Assembly (NCBI GenBank): GCA_965215265.1
Contig: OZ244048.1
Span: 4,576,001 to 4,640,000 of the forward strand
Direction of reading: 5' to 3'
Origin: Candidatus Poribacteria bacterium
GTDB taxonomy: Bacteria; Poribacteria; WGA-4E; WGA-3G
DNA: 64,000 nucleotides
Below are positions 31,667 to 42,490 of the stretch, piece by piece. A model generated the notes under the pieces. The model was not told the DNA's origin. It made no database searches and worked only from the letters and a program-made list of their open reading frames with translations. The stretch's first letter is position 1. Each line of letters starts with the position of its first letter. Made by a program: the position numbers and the translations under genes.

Positions 31667-32239
31667 ATGAAAATTAACATTAGCGGACGCCAATTAAAAA
31701 TCACGGATGACATCCGGGATTACATCCTCAAACGTAGCGATAAAATTGAAACCCGTTTCGGAGAAATACAAGAATTAAACGTCGTGCTCAAATCAGAAAA
31801 ACATAGGTTTGAGGCAGAGATGATCGTAACAGCGCCACGAGCGTCTTTTCATGCAGAGAGCCACACGCATGAAATTTTCTCCGCGCTAGACATTGTGACG
31901 GACAAAATTATGAACCAGATCCGCCGTTATAAGGAGCGTGTTGTTAAAGATCGGCGGCATCGCCTACCGCATCGTGAAGTCGTCGCACAGTTGAATCCTG
32001 AAGCAGTGGATAGCGAAACAGAGGATAAGACGCTTGATGAACCTGTTATCGTTGCTCTACCTGAGAAGTACGCATCAAAACCGATGAGCGTAACTGAGGC
32101 GTTAGCAGAATTACAAACCTCCGGAGAGCCGCTGATCCTCTTTTTAAATTCTGATACACAGCAGGTAAATCTACTCTATCAAGCGGACGAGTTGATAGAT
32201 GCAAATGCGTACGGTTGGGTAGAACCGCAGTTTACCTAA
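31667..32239 (+). CDS. hpf: Ribosome hibernation promoting factor (long HPF)
   Basis: MKINISGRQLKIT, QIRRYK and KPMSVTEA motifs; follows rpoN. Confidence 0.88.
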   Translation: MKINISGRQLKITDDIRDYILKRSDKIETRFGEIQELNVVLKSEKHRFEAEMIVTAPRASFHAESHTHEIFSALDIVTDKIMNQIRRYKERVVKDRRHRLPHREVVAQLNPEAVDSETEDKTLDEPVIVALPEKYASKPMSVTEALAELQTSGEPLILFLNSDTQQVNLLYQADELIDANAYGWVEPQFT

Positions 32240-32372
32240 GCACACCGTGATGTGCATGGAGCGGCTTGTTGCCCCCGCACGCTTAGGGATACCCTTTAAA
32301 TAAACCGGGGGCTCCCTTCCGGATCTGCATGATTGACGTTTGCATTGAGGAAGCAGATTGCTATAAAACATT

Positions 32373-35033
32373 ATGACAAATCTTCCGAAAATTTACGAAC
32401 CTCAAGCGATTGAGGACAAATGGTACCAATTCTGGCTGAAAAATAGGTACTTCCACGCAGCCGATAGCTCGGAGCTGCCCCAATTTTCTATTGTAATTCC
32501 ACCACCAAACATTACGGGGAGCCTTCATATCGGACACGCGCTTGACAATACATTACAGGATTGTCTTATCCGATGGCGCAGAATGCAGGGATACAATACG
32601 CTCTGGATGCCCGGGACAGACCACGCCGGGATTATGACCGAATTGGTTATGGAGCAGAAACTAATTGAAGAAGGGACGAATCGGAACGCTCTCGGTAGAG
32701 AAAAGTTTGAGCAGCGGATGTGGAAATGGAAGGAAGAATCCAGTGGATACATCGTCTCACAACTTCAACAATTGGGATGTTCTTGTGACTGGGAACGGGA
32801 ACGTTTCACATTAGATAGCGATTTTGCTGTAGCTGTCCGGACCGCTTTTGTTCAACTCTACAACCAAAATCTCATCTATCGCGATACCTATATGGTGAAT
32901 TGGTGCCCACACTGCAACACAGCTGTAAGCAATCTTGAAGTGGAGACGCGAGACATTGATGGCCATTTCTATCATATTCGCTATGCCGTTAAGGAGAGTG
33001 ATGTTCAACTTGAAATTGCCACAACTCGTCCCGAAACGATGTTGGGCGATACAGCCGTTGCTGTACACCCCGCAGATGAGCGATACCAACACTTAATTGG
33101 GAAAACAGCAATTCTTCCGATCCAAAACCGGGAGATTCCTATCATCGCAGACGAATACGTAGATAGAGAATTCGGGACTGGGGCTTTGAAGGTTACACCT
33201 GGGCACGATCCGAACGATTATCTTATTGGGCAGCGGCAAAATTTAGAACAACGCACGATTTTCACTTTGGATGGCCACATGAACCAAAACGCAGGAGAAA
33301 AGTATTTTGGTTTATCCCGATGCGAGTGCCGCAAACAAATTGTCGCAGACTTGCAAAGCGAAGGTTATCTGGTTAAAACCGTTCCGCACCGCCATGCTGT
33401 CGGCCATCACGACCGGTGCGGTACCATTGTTGAACCTATCATCTCCTTGCAATGGTTTATGAATGTCCGGCCCCTCGCGCAACGCACTATTGAAGCGGTA
33501 AAAAAAGGGGACGTGAAGTTTATTCCGGAACGCGAAACCACACGCTTCTATCATTGGATGGAAAACATTGAACCGTGGCCGATTTCACGCCAACGGTGGT
33601 GGGGACATCGGCTACCGATCTGGTATTGCAACGCTTGTGACACGGTGCTTGCTGCAATCGAAACCCCACAACAGTGTCAATGCGGCGCAACCGAAATGAC
33701 TCAAGATGAGGATGTACTCGATACATGGTTCAGCTCAGGACTCTGGCCCTTCGCTACAATGGGCTGGCCCCAAAATACAAAAACCTTGGAAACGTTTTAT
33801 CCCAACTCCGTGCTCGTCACCGGCTGGGATATTCTCTTCTTCTGGGTGTCCCGTATGATGATGCTCGGACTTGGTTGTATGAATGAGGTTCCGTTCCGCA
33901 CTGTTTATCTTCACGGGCTTGTTGCCGACGAAAAAGGGGATAAAATGAGCAAATCAAAAGGCAATAGCATCGACCCGCTTGAAACTATCGCAACGTACGG
34001 GACTGATGCCTTCCGGTTCGCCCTTGCAAACGTCGCGACACCAATCCCTTATGTACCGCTCCCTGAATCCCAAATTGAAGCCGGTAAACGGTTTGCAAAC
34101 AAGATATGGAATGCGGCACGATTTACACTGATGAACCTTCAAAAGCACCCACGTCCGGAAAACACCCAGCCAGATACTGTGCAAGAACCGCAAGCGCTCG
34201 AACTCGCTTGGATCCAGAGTAGACTTAGCCATGCCATCAAAACGACAACAGATGCACTAGAAAATTTTCGATTCCATGAGGCCGTACAAACAGTCTATGC
34301 CTTTCTCTGGCATGAATTTTGTGATTGGTACCTTGAATTCACTAAACAACGACTTGCTCAGGCGGAGCCTGAAGCTTTGTGGGTAGCAGCGGAGGTCTTG
34401 GAAAAGAGCGTCCGGCTCCTTCACCCCTTTATGCCGTTTATAACTGAGGAGATTTGGCAGCAATTGTTGCATAACCGGGTCGGTGCTGTTTCTGAAGCGG
34501 CAGAGTCTGTTACTGTAGCACATTGGCCAGAATCCGCTGGCGAAAACCCACACGTAGAAGCGACTATGGGAATAGTGATGACTGTTATTGATAACATCCG
34601 GAGCATACGCGGGGAATTGAATGTCCCAATCCGTGCTGCTGTAAAGGTACTCATCCAGGCACCAGATGCTGAGAAACGGGAACGTCTAAGTACATACCTT
34701 GGACAGTATCTCCCTGCTTTCATGCGTGTTCACAGCATTACAATTGCTGAGAGCCTATCAAAACCGCCTGCTTCTGCTGAAGCAGTCATCGACGGGCTCG
34801 TCATCTATATCCCTCTTGAAGGTGTCATCGATCTGGAGGCGGAACGCGCAAGACTTAGCAAACGACACCGACAAGTGATAAAGGATGTTACAGCAGCCCA
34901 GAACACATTGGATAATCCCAATTTCATCAATCGGGCACCCGCGAAAGTCGTCTCACAAAAACGCGCACAATTGGAACGGCTCTTGGCCGAACAAGAAAAG
35001 TTATCTCAAAGTTTGTCCGTCTTAACGGAATAA
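32373..35033 (+). CDS. valS: Valine--tRNA ligase
   Basis: PPPNITGSLHIGH, PGTDHAG, TTRPET and KMSKS motifs; C-terminal coiled coil. Confidence 0.97.
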   Translation: MTNLPKIYEPQAIEDKWYQFWLKNRYFHAADSSELPQFSIVIPPPNITGSLHIGHALDNTLQDCLIRWRRMQGYNTLWMPGTDHAGIMTELVMEQKLIEEGTNRNALGREKFEQRMWKWKEESSGYIVSQLQQLGCSCDWERERFTLDSDFAVAVRTAFVQLYNQNLIYRDTYMVNWCPHCNTAVSNLEVETRDIDGHFYHIRYAVKESDVQLEIATTRPETMLGDTAVAVHPADERYQHLIGKTAILPIQNREIPIIADEYVDREFGTGALKVTPGHDPNDYLIGQRQNLEQRTIFTLDGHMNQNAGEKYFGLSRCECRKQIVADLQSEGYLVKTVPHRHAVGHHDRCGTIVEPIISLQWFMNVRPLAQRTIEAVKKGDVKFIPERETTRFYHWMENIEPWPISRQRWWGHRLPIWYCNACDTVLAAIETPQQCQCGATEMTQDEDVLDTWFSSGLWPFATMGWPQNTKTLETFYPNSVLVTGWDILFFWVSRMMMLGLGCMNEVPFRTVYLHGLVADEKGDKMSKSKGNSIDPLETIATYGTDAFRFALANVATPIPYVPLPESQIEAGKRFANKIWNAARFTLMNLQKHPRPENTQPDTVQEPQALELAWIQSRLSHAIKTTTDALENFRFHEAVQTVYAFLWHEFCDWYLEFTKQRLAQAEPEALWVAAEVLEKSVRLLHPFMPFITEEIWQQLLHNRVGAVSEAAESVTVAHWPESAGENPHVEATMGIVMTVIDNIRSIRGELNVPIRAAVKVLIQAPDAEKRERLSTYLGQYLPAFMRVHSITIAESLSKPPASAEAVIDGLVIYIPLEGVIDLEAERARLSKRHRQVIKDVTAAQNTLDNPNFINRAPAKVVSQKRAQLERLLAEQEKLSQSLSVLTE

Positions 35034-35101
35034 TATCTGGATTTCTGTGGGGCTCAGGCTTGTAGTTTATCTCCCCGCCCATGTCCGGAAGGAGCACCAA
35101 A

Positions 35102-35509
35102 ATGGAGATTGAGAATAATGAAAGATGCTTTGTTTGCGGTATGAAAAATCCGTTCGGTTTGCAAGTTAAACCCGAAATTCTTGCAGATGGTGCACAAGTG
35201 AGAATTGAATGTACGCCACCAGCGCATTTGCAAGGCTGGGCGGATGTGTTGCATGGAGGTATTCTCAGCACCTTGTTGGATGAAGCCATTACCTATATCG
35301 GTATAGCGACTTTTGGCAAACCGGCTGTCACTGTGCAACTTGATGTTCGATTCCGCAATCCCTCTCCAACAGGTGTGAAATTAACTGTTTTAGCACAACG
35401 GATAAAGGCATCATCCCGCTTGGTTTTAGCTGATGCAAGTGTCACTCTGTTCGATGGAACGGTCGTCGCTACTGCTAGTGGGAAAGTCATGTTAGCAAGT
35501 CGTAGCTGA
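35102..35509 (+). CDS. PaaI family (hotdog) thioesterase
   Basis: CFVCGxxNPxGL and LHGGILSTLLDE motifs; AAGGAG RBS. Confidence 0.85.
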   Translation: MEIENNERCFVCGMKNPFGLQVKPEILADGAQVRIECTPPAHLQGWADVLHGGILSTLLDEAITYIGIATFGKPAVTVQLDVRFRNPSPTGVKLTVLAQRIKASSRLVLADASVTLFDGTVVATASGKVMLASRS

Positions 35510-35530
35510 ACATCGCGGGCAAACGAAAAA

Positions 35531-37174
35531 ATGCCAAAGCAGCACAATCAGTTTTCTATACAAAAGACATGCGATACGGATGTTCTTATCATCGGAAGCG
35601 GTGCGGCAGGTTTGCGTGCTGCGCTGTCCGCTGGGCAACGTGCTAAAGTGACGCTCATGACAAAGTCCGTTCTCAAAGAGAGCAATTCGCAGTACGCCCA
35701 AGGCGGCATAGCCGTTGCTATGAACGTAGATGACACAGTCGCGCTGCATGTAGAAGATACTTGTAACGCGGGGGACGGGCTTTGTGAATTAGGTGCTGTT
35801 GAGACGATGGTATCGGAAGGGGTGCCGCGCGTAACGGAGCTCGTTGAGTGGGGTGCCAATTTTGATTGGGAGGGTACCCTCCCACGGTTTACGCGAGAAG
35901 CAGCCCATAGCCGACGACGCATTGTACACAAAGGCGATGCAACCGGACGAGAAACCACAGATGTGTTAATCCAACGCGTTAATGCCGCAGAACAGATCGA
36001 TGTTTTAGCGAACTCCTTCGCTATCGATTTTTTTATAGCAGATGGACGGTGTTATGGCGTTATCGCAGTTGTTGAGAACGAACTAGTATGGTTTCGGGCA
36101 AAAGCCACTGTCCTCGCCACTGGCGGACTCGGGCAGCTCTATCCGTGCACCTCAAATCCAGCGGTTGCAACAGGTGACGGCTTCGCTGCAGCTTGGCGTG
36201 CTGGATGTGAACTGATTGATATGGAATTTGTTCAGTTCCATCCGACTACGCTCTATCTCCAAGGTGCGCCGAATTTTTTGATTTCAGAGGCTGTACGCGG
36301 CGAAGGAGGAACGCTGATAAATATCCGCGGCGAACGGTTTATGGATAAATACCATCAAATGGGCGAGCTCGCACCACGTGATGTCGTCAGCCGGGCTATC
36401 TGGGCAGAAATGCGCCAAACTGGATTTCCATGTGTCTATTTGGATATCACCCATCAGCCGGCGGACTTTATACTGCAACGTTTTCCAACCATCTCGGATA
36501 TGACACGACACCATGGATTAGACATCTGCATAGACTTAATTCCAGTCCGTCCCGGAGCACACTTTATGATGGGCGGGATTCGGACGAACATTGAAACTGA
36601 AACAAATATCCAGGGGCTGTATGCTTGTGGCGAAGTCGCATGCACCGGGGTTCACGGGGCAAACCGCCTGGCGAGCAACTCCCTATTAGAGTGCCTCGTT
36701 TTTGGGGCACGCGCCGGGGGGAATGCCGCCGCATTTGCGGATACGGTAGCAGACCTTCATCTTCAAAATATAGAGCAGAGCCTATTAGCCGGAGAAAGTT
36801 GTACACTCGACGGCATCGAAACCGCAAAGACAACAATCCGAGAAACGCTGTGGAAAAACGTCGGCATCGAACGAAATGGCGAGGGTTTAGGAGAAACGCT
36901 CGCCGAATTGGGAAAATTGGTTCAACTAAACGTGCATCGTACTGTCCACAATGGTTCTCTGCCGCCCTATGCAACCAGCACAAACATCGCGGCATTTGAA
37001 ATGTTGAATATGCTGGAGACTGCTTATCTCATCACTGAGGCCTCGCTCATCCGGACAGAGAGCCGGGGGGCACACTACCGCACCGACTTCCCTGAGCGGG
37101 ATGATTCCGTCTGGCAACAGCGCATTATTCTCACCCGTGGGAAAGCCCCTCAGTTAATAGAGTTAGACGGATAA
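35531..37174 (+). CDS. nadB: L-aspartate oxidase
   Basis: GSGAAG, AQGGI, EAAHS, QFHPT, HGANRLASNSLLE and ESRGAH motifs. Confidence 0.93.
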   Translation: MPKQHNQFSIQKTCDTDVLIIGSGAAGLRAALSAGQRAKVTLMTKSVLKESNSQYAQGGIAVAMNVDDTVALHVEDTCNAGDGLCELGAVETMVSEGVPRVTELVEWGANFDWEGTLPRFTREAAHSRRRIVHKGDATGRETTDVLIQRVNAAEQIDVLANSFAIDFFIADGRCYGVIAVVENELVWFRAKATVLATGGLGQLYPCTSNPAVATGDGFAAAWRAGCELIDMEFVQFHPTTLYLQGAPNFLISEAVRGEGGTLINIRGERFMDKYHQMGELAPRDVVSRAIWAEMRQTGFPCVYLDITHQPADFILQRFPTISDMTRHHGLDICIDLIPVRPGAHFMMGGIRTNIETETNIQGLYACGEVACTGVHGANRLASNSLLECLVFGARAGGNAAAFADTVADLHLQNIEQSLLAGESCTLDGIETAKTTIRETLWKNVGIERNGEGLGETLAELGKLVQLNVHRTVHNGSLPPYATSTNIAAFEMLNMLETAYLITEASLIRTESRGAHYRTDFPERDDSVWQQRIILTRGKAPQLIELDG

Positions 37175-37204
37175 AGCACCGGGGGCATCTCTTGTAGGTT
37201 TATC

Positions 37205-39496
37205 TCACTCACTCACTTTCCCGATAACCGAACCCGTCAACCGTTTCTGTTGCCCTATCCGTTTGCCCTCTTTGGTCGAATTCACCGCTGGTGCTTCGCG
37301 CTGCCCGTAAATTTCGACATAATTATCATAACTATTAATAACTTTTTTGATATGCAGACGCGTCTCTCTAATCTTAATTTTTTCTACAAATTCGTCGAGA
37401 TCCGCTATATTCTTAGATTTTATCCATCGTCTCATGCGGCCGGGTCCACCGTTATATGCACCGGTTACAAGCATGGCGTTATTGTCAAAAAGGGAATTAA
37501 GATAGGCAATGTACTTAGTCCCCATTTGGATATTGATTTCGGGCTGTTTGAGCATCGTAGTGCGGAATCGTCGGATTTTGAGTTGACGTGCGAGAAGCTT
37601 GCCCGTAGCAGGCATGATTTGCATCAATCCAATAGCGCCTGCCCAACTGATTGCATCAGCACGATAACGGCTCTCTTCCAAAATCATCGCGTAGATTAAG
37701 TATTCGTCTACCTGATAGGACACAGCGTATTTCCCAATTAGTGACGCATAGTAGCGTGGATAGAGTACTTCGCGGAGTTTCCTGGTCTGCGAGGTATCAG
37801 TATGCACAAAAGTCTGGTTTTGGAGTGCTTGTTCAGCCACTTCTCGTGCCCGGTCATACCGTGCTGTCTGTTCATAACAGTTAATCAACGCATAGAAAGT
37901 GTCAAATGCAGTTTGCAGCTCTCCGTACTCAATCTGGTAGTTTAGCTGGGCAATGGCATCCTCATAAAGATGGAGTTTCATTAAAGCGTTGGCTTGTTTA
38001 GGTAAGGCGGCCTGAGCTGGAAGTTCTGCGTCGGGGATGGCCCTCGGTTCTAATTCAGAGCGAGAAAGCCCTAAAATCGCCTTTGCCCTGGCACTATAAT
38101 ACCAATAGTTGGCTTTGGCGACTTGTGTGTAGAGCTCTTGGGCGAGCGCCGGTCTGTTTTGCCGTTCCTGGATTTTTGCCATCCAGAAATGCGCGCCCAT
38201 TGCGTAACGGTTCCCCGGAAAATTTTCTTTTAAACCTTTAAAAGCGTTGTAGCTTTCCTCATATCGCTTTTGGTCAAAACGCTGCCAGCCTATTCGCCAG
38301 CCGGCAACATCGGCATAAGGACTCTTTGGCGCCGCCTGGATTAACTGGGTGTAGGCTTTGAAGGCAGCAGCCACATTCCCGCGCTTTTCCTGGATTTGCG
38401 CGAGTGCGTAAAGCGCATCATCCACTAATTCACTCCATTCGTAGGCTTTGACGAAGCTTTCAAGACGTTTTGTGGCGGTTTTGAGGTGGCCTTTGAGCCG
38501 GTAGCACTGCGCTGTTTGATATTCGGCGCGTGTCAAATAGTCGCTTTGGTGGCCGAGTGCTACCACAACGTTATATTTCTTAATAGCTGTGTTATACCAT
38601 TTTCTTCCCTGATAGCTCTGCCCCAGAAAGTAAAATGCTTGGCCTCTCAACTTCAGGTCTTTCGTAGAAGTAATCCTTTCAAATTCGAGGGCGGCTGCCT
38701 TCCAATTTTTACGGTTTAAAAACACACGTCCACAATTCAACCGGTCCTCAGCTGTGAGGGTGAACCTCTTGTGATTTCTTGAGAGCCGTTTGAGTCGGCC
38801 GAGGGACTCTTCTGCAATATTATCGGTATAGTTTTCCTGAAGAAGTTGCTGATAGATTTCAAAGGCGGCAGCAGTGTTCCGGAGCCCTTCCTCACACTGC
38901 CCGCGTGCATAAGCCGCTTTTCGAACATAGCGTTTGTCATCGCTGAGTTCCGATAAGAACGCTTTCGCTGCTGTCCACTGCTTCTGTTTTAAGTGCAGTT
39001 CAACCAGAGCCCACTGTGCTTGGGCACGATAGAAACTGTCTGGATACTCTTTGACGATACGCGAGTACCATGCTCTCGCCTTGCTCTTATTGTTCATCTT
39101 TTCATAAATCTGGGCGAGACGATAAATGGCGCTATCCGCCAATGGATATGTATGTGACGCGACGCGTGCGTAGCTGCCAATTGCTTTCGCGCGATGCCCC
39201 AATTTTTCATAGCAGTAGCCTAACACATGATGAATCTCCTGCCTTTCCGGCTCGGACAATGCCACGCGTAATAAACCCTCTAATTTGGGGATAGCACGCT
39301 TGTAGTGCCCCTTATCTATGAATCTAAAAGCAGCGAATTTAGCCCCCTCGCTACTTGAATCGTGCACGATATTATCAGCATAAACGAACGTTCCTGCAAT
39401 AAAACAACTATAAACCAGGAACGCAACACTGAATAAAATCTTTCCCCAATTTTCCCAATCCCTTGTCGACTTTTGTGTTCTCAGAAAAAAAAGCAT
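37205..39496 (-). CDS. Soluble lytic transglycosylase with TPR repeats
   Basis: EES, GLMQIMPAT and AYNGG SLT motifs; N-terminal TPRs. Confidence 0.88.
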   Translation of the reverse strand: MLFFLRTQKSTRDWENWGKILFSVAFLVYSCFIAGTFVYADNIVHDSSSEGAKFAAFRFIDKGHYKRAIPKLEGLLRVALSEPERQEIHHVLGYCYEKLGHRAKAIGSYARVASHTYPLADSAIYRLAQIYEKMNNKSKARAWYSRIVKEYPDSFYRAQAQWALVELHLKQKQWTAAKAFLSELSDDKRYVRKAAYARGQCEEGLRNTAAAFEIYQQLLQENYTDNIAEESLGRLKRLSRNHKRFTLTAEDRLNCGRVFLNRKNWKAAALEFERITSTKDLKLRGQAFYFLGQSYQGRKWYNTAIKKYNVVVALGHQSDYLTRAEYQTAQCYRLKGHLKTATKRLESFVKAYEWSELVDDALYALAQIQEKRGNVAAAFKAYTQLIQAAPKSPYADVAGWRIGWQRFDQKRYEESYNAFKGLKENFPGNRYAMGAHFWMAKIQERQNRPALAQELYTQVAKANYWYYSARAKAILGLSRSELEPRAIPDAELPAQAALPKQANALMKLHLYEDAIAQLNYQIEYGELQTAFDTFYALINCYEQTARYDRAREVAEQALQNQTFVHTDTSQTRKLREVLYPRYYASLIGKYAVSYQVDEYLIYAMILEESRYRADAISWAGAIGLMQIMPATGKLLARQLKIRRFRTTMLKQPEINIQMGTKYIAYLNSLFDNNAMLVTGAYNGGPGRMRRWIKSKNIADLDEFVEKIKIRETRLHIKKVINSYDNYVEIYGQREAPAVNSTKEGKRIGQQKRLTGSVIGKVSE

Positions 39497-39784
39497 ATCT
39501 TTAATTCCTATTGTGGTTTTTCATCTTTCGGATGCGAATTCGCGTGAATTAAACAGTCATTACCAAATTCCTACGATGGGATACGGCCAGCTCATTAGTC
39601 GAGTCTCAAAAATAGATAAACCTCCCCAATTTACTTATATTGTAACGTTTATTAATCGCAAACAGCAACAAAAAAAATAAGGATAACAGCAGGTATAGAA
39701 ATCACTTGCTAAATAGGCGATGTACTGCTATACTTAACAGTAATCTAATTGCGCAATGAATATTGCGCGCAGAGGAGGATGTTC

Positions 39785-40561
39785 ATGGAAATTGTAGCAC
39801 TTGGGAAAACAGGATTAGAGGTTTCACGCCTTTCAATTGGCACCGGATCAAACGGATGGAATGGCAGGTCAAATCAGACAGACTTAGGGCTGGAAGGCCT
39901 ACGCGACCTGCTGTTATTTTCACATCAAAAAGGCGTTACGTTCTGGGATACTGCAGACCAGTACGGGAGCCACCCGCATGTCAGGGAGGCTCTCAAGCAC
40001 GTGGACCGGAGTAGTGTAACAATTACAACTAAAACGGTATCACGTACACGTGAGGAAGTTGAATCGGATGTCAAGCGATTCCTGCGGGAAATCGCGTCAG
40101 ACTATGTGGACATTGTGTTGCTCCACTGCTTGACTCAACATGATTGGCCATCCCGCTATCCGGATGCCATGGAGGCACTGGTCCGGTGTAAGGAGCAGGG
40201 ATTGATTCGCGCACACGGTGTCTCCTGCCACGATTTTGGTGCGTTCCAGACATCGGCTATGACAGACTGGGTTGATGTTGTACTCGCACGGATTAACTAT
40301 GCAGGAGTACACATGGACGCATCACCTGCAGATGTTATCCGAACAATGGAACAGATGACATTTGCTGGCAAAGGCATCTACGGCATGAAGGTACTTGGCC
40401 AGGGTAAACTGGCTAAGGAAGCAGGTCGGACACGAGAGGCAATCGAATTCGTGATGCAGCTGCCGTGTGTTCACGCTATGACTATCGGCATGACATCCCG
40501 CAACGAAGTTGAAATGAATGTGCAAATTATTAATCAATTAGAAGAGAGTTTACATGCCTAA
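39785..40561 (+). CDS. Aldo/keto reductase
   Basis: LGKTGLEVS, WDTADQYG and DYVDIVLLH motifs. Confidence 0.88.
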   Translation: MEIVALGKTGLEVSRLSIGTGSNGWNGRSNQTDLGLEGLRDLLLFSHQKGVTFWDTADQYGSHPHVREALKHVDRSSVTITTKTVSRTREEVESDVKRFLREIASDYVDIVLLHCLTQHDWPSRYPDAMEALVRCKEQGLIRAHGVSCHDFGAFQTSAMTDWVDVVLARINYAGVHMDASPADVIRTMEQMTFAGKGIYGMKVLGQGKLAKEAGRTREAIEFVMQLPCVHAMTIGMTSRNEVEMNVQIINQLEESLHA

Positions 40562-40763
40562 GCTCCAACCCTTAAAGAACGTGTAACGCGCGGTAGGGGG
40601 GTAGGTGAGGCACCTGTCTGAAAACGTTATCACGAACCAAACTGCCGGCATTCCTGGTAAGATGAACTAGCATTCAACGCTATAACGATACCGGTGCCTC
40701 TTCCTCAACCTCAACAAATATCATCCGGTATTTAGACCGCTTTAGTGTTCGTAAAATAGGAGC

Positions 40764-40860
40764 GGATAACTTCAAACAAGGCAGCAAGCGGACAAAGCAG
40801 ATTGCGTGTGAAGAGAGACAAAGGATACTGGGATAACTTCAAACAAGGCAGCAAGCGGAC
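40764..40860. repeat. Two identical 30-bp direct repeats separated by 37 bp
   Basis: GGATAACTTCAAACAAGGCAGCAAGCGGAC at 40764-40793 and 40831-40860. Confidence 0.85.
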
Positions 40861-40921
40861 CCATTTTTTGAGGAGTCCATTTCGCAGCGCAGGCAATATT
40901 GCCTGAGATATGAGAAAAATC

Positions 40922-42367
40922 ATGGATAAATACGAAACAGTCATCGGTTTAGAAATCCACGCAGAATTATGTACACAAAGTAAATTGTTCTGCCATTGCG
41001 CGTATACCTTCGGTGCCTCAGCGAACGATTGCACTTGTCCTGTCTGTCTAGGGATGCCGGGTACCTTGCCTGTTATGAACACGCGCGCAGTGGAGTTCGC
41101 TGTACGTGCAGGCTTGGCGATGGGATGCCAAATTGCTTCATACAGCAAATTTGATCGTAAAAACTATTTTTATCCCGATTTGCCGAAAAACTACCAGATT
41201 TCGCAGTACGATTTGCCGTTGTGTCAAAATGGGCAGGTGACGTTTGACTTTAACGGTAAACTTCGCACCGTTGCACTCCGCCGAATCCATCTCGAAGAAG
41301 ATACCGGCAAATCCGTACACGCCGAAGTGACCGGAGACGCAACGCGGAGTTTCATGGATTTTAATCGCGCCGGGGTACCGCTATTGGAAATCGTAAGTGA
41401 GCCTGAACTCCACTCGCCCGCCGAAGCAATCGCCTACTGCCGTGCAGTTAAAGAAATTTTAGAATACATTGCAGTCAGCGATTGTAACATGGAAGAAGGA
41501 AGCCTACGTTGTGAACCGAACCTGTCTCTCCGTCCGAAGGGCAGTACTGAATTGGGAACACGCACAGAGATTAAGAATAAAAACTCCTTTCAGGAACTCT
41601 TTGACGCTATGGAATACGAGGTGAAACGGCAGACACGAATCTTGGATGCAGGCGGTGAGATTGCACAGGAGACGCTGCTTTACAACGCAAGCACAGGGAA
41701 GACCGCGGCTATGCGTGGAAAGGAAGAAGCGGATGATTACCGTTATTTCCCAGAACCAGACCTCGTTCATGTTCAAATCGATGCAGAATCGCTGGCTGAA
41801 ATCCAATCCACGCTCCCAGAGTTGCCTGCAGCACGACGCGCACGTTTTATTTCGGACTATCGACTTTCACCTGAAAATTCCCAATTTTTGACAGCTACAC
41901 CCCAATTGGCTGACTTCTTTGAGGACACAGCACGACTCAGCGGCGAACCGACTGCAGCCGCCAATTGGATAATGGGCGATCTGGCGCGCCTCCTCAATGC
42001 CGCACAGATTCAGATTCAGGAGGCAAAGGTAACACCACCGCATCTGAGTCAACTCATTGAGTTGATTAACAACGCAACTATCAGCGGCAAAATCGCAAAA
42101 TCGGTGCTTGATGAGGCGTTCGAGACAGGGAAAATGCCCAAGGAGATTGTCAAAGAGAAAGGATTAGCACAGATTACTGACTCCTCCGCAATTGAAGAGA
42201 TTATCTTACAAGTTGTGGAAGAACATCCAGGACCAGCACAGGATTATCGCAATGGCACAAAAAAGGCACTCGGATTCCTCGTTGGACAGGTGATGCGTGC
42301 AACAAAAGGGAAAGCGAATCCGCAGCTGGTGAATCGCATCTTGACACAAGTGTTGACTGCAGACTGA
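40922..42367 (+). CDS. gatB: Asp-tRNA(Asn)/Glu-tRNA(Gln) amidotransferase subunit B
   Basis: VIGLEIH, RKNYFYPD, HLEED and YRYFPEPD motifs. Confidence 0.97.
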   Translation: MDKYETVIGLEIHAELCTQSKLFCHCAYTFGASANDCTCPVCLGMPGTLPVMNTRAVEFAVRAGLAMGCQIASYSKFDRKNYFYPDLPKNYQISQYDLPLCQNGQVTFDFNGKLRTVALRRIHLEEDTGKSVHAEVTGDATRSFMDFNRAGVPLLEIVSEPELHSPAEAIAYCRAVKEILEYIAVSDCNMEEGSLRCEPNLSLRPKGSTELGTRTEIKNKNSFQELFDAMEYEVKRQTRILDAGGEIAQETLLYNASTGKTAAMRGKEEADDYRYFPEPDLVHVQIDAESLAEIQSTLPELPAARRARFISDYRLSPENSQFLTATPQLADFFEDTARLSGEPTAAANWIMGDLARLLNAAQIQIQEAKVTPPHLSQLIELINNATISGKIAKSVLDEAFETGKMPKEIVKEKGLAQITDSSAIEEIILQVVEEHPGPAQDYRNGTKKALGFLVGQVMRATKGKANPQLVNRILTQVLTAD

Positions 42368-42376
42368 AAGCAATTC

Positions 42377-42490
42377 ATGGATATCACTCAGATACGAGAT
42401 AAACTATCTCAGATTAGACAGATGGGTTATATGGAAACCTGCAAGAAGAAGATATCTATTTTAGTTATCGTTCAGGAACAACTGATATGA
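42377..42490 (+). pseudogene. Internally deleted remnant of a probable MvaI/BcnI-family restriction endonuclease
   Basis: 37-codon ORF MDITQIRDKLSQIRQMGY... resembles the N-terminus of that family; its stop overlaps the methyltransferase start (ATGA). Confidence 0.45.

Noticed and set aside
32240-32372. T-box or 6S-like RNA upstream of valS
   Set aside because: A GCCCCCG/CGGGGGC stem exists, but there is no T-box consensus and the region is too short; it cannot be assigned
35083-35096. GTCCGGAAGGAGCA resembling the SRP RNA loop
   Set aside because: No long flanking helix; it overlaps the RBS of the thioesterase gene
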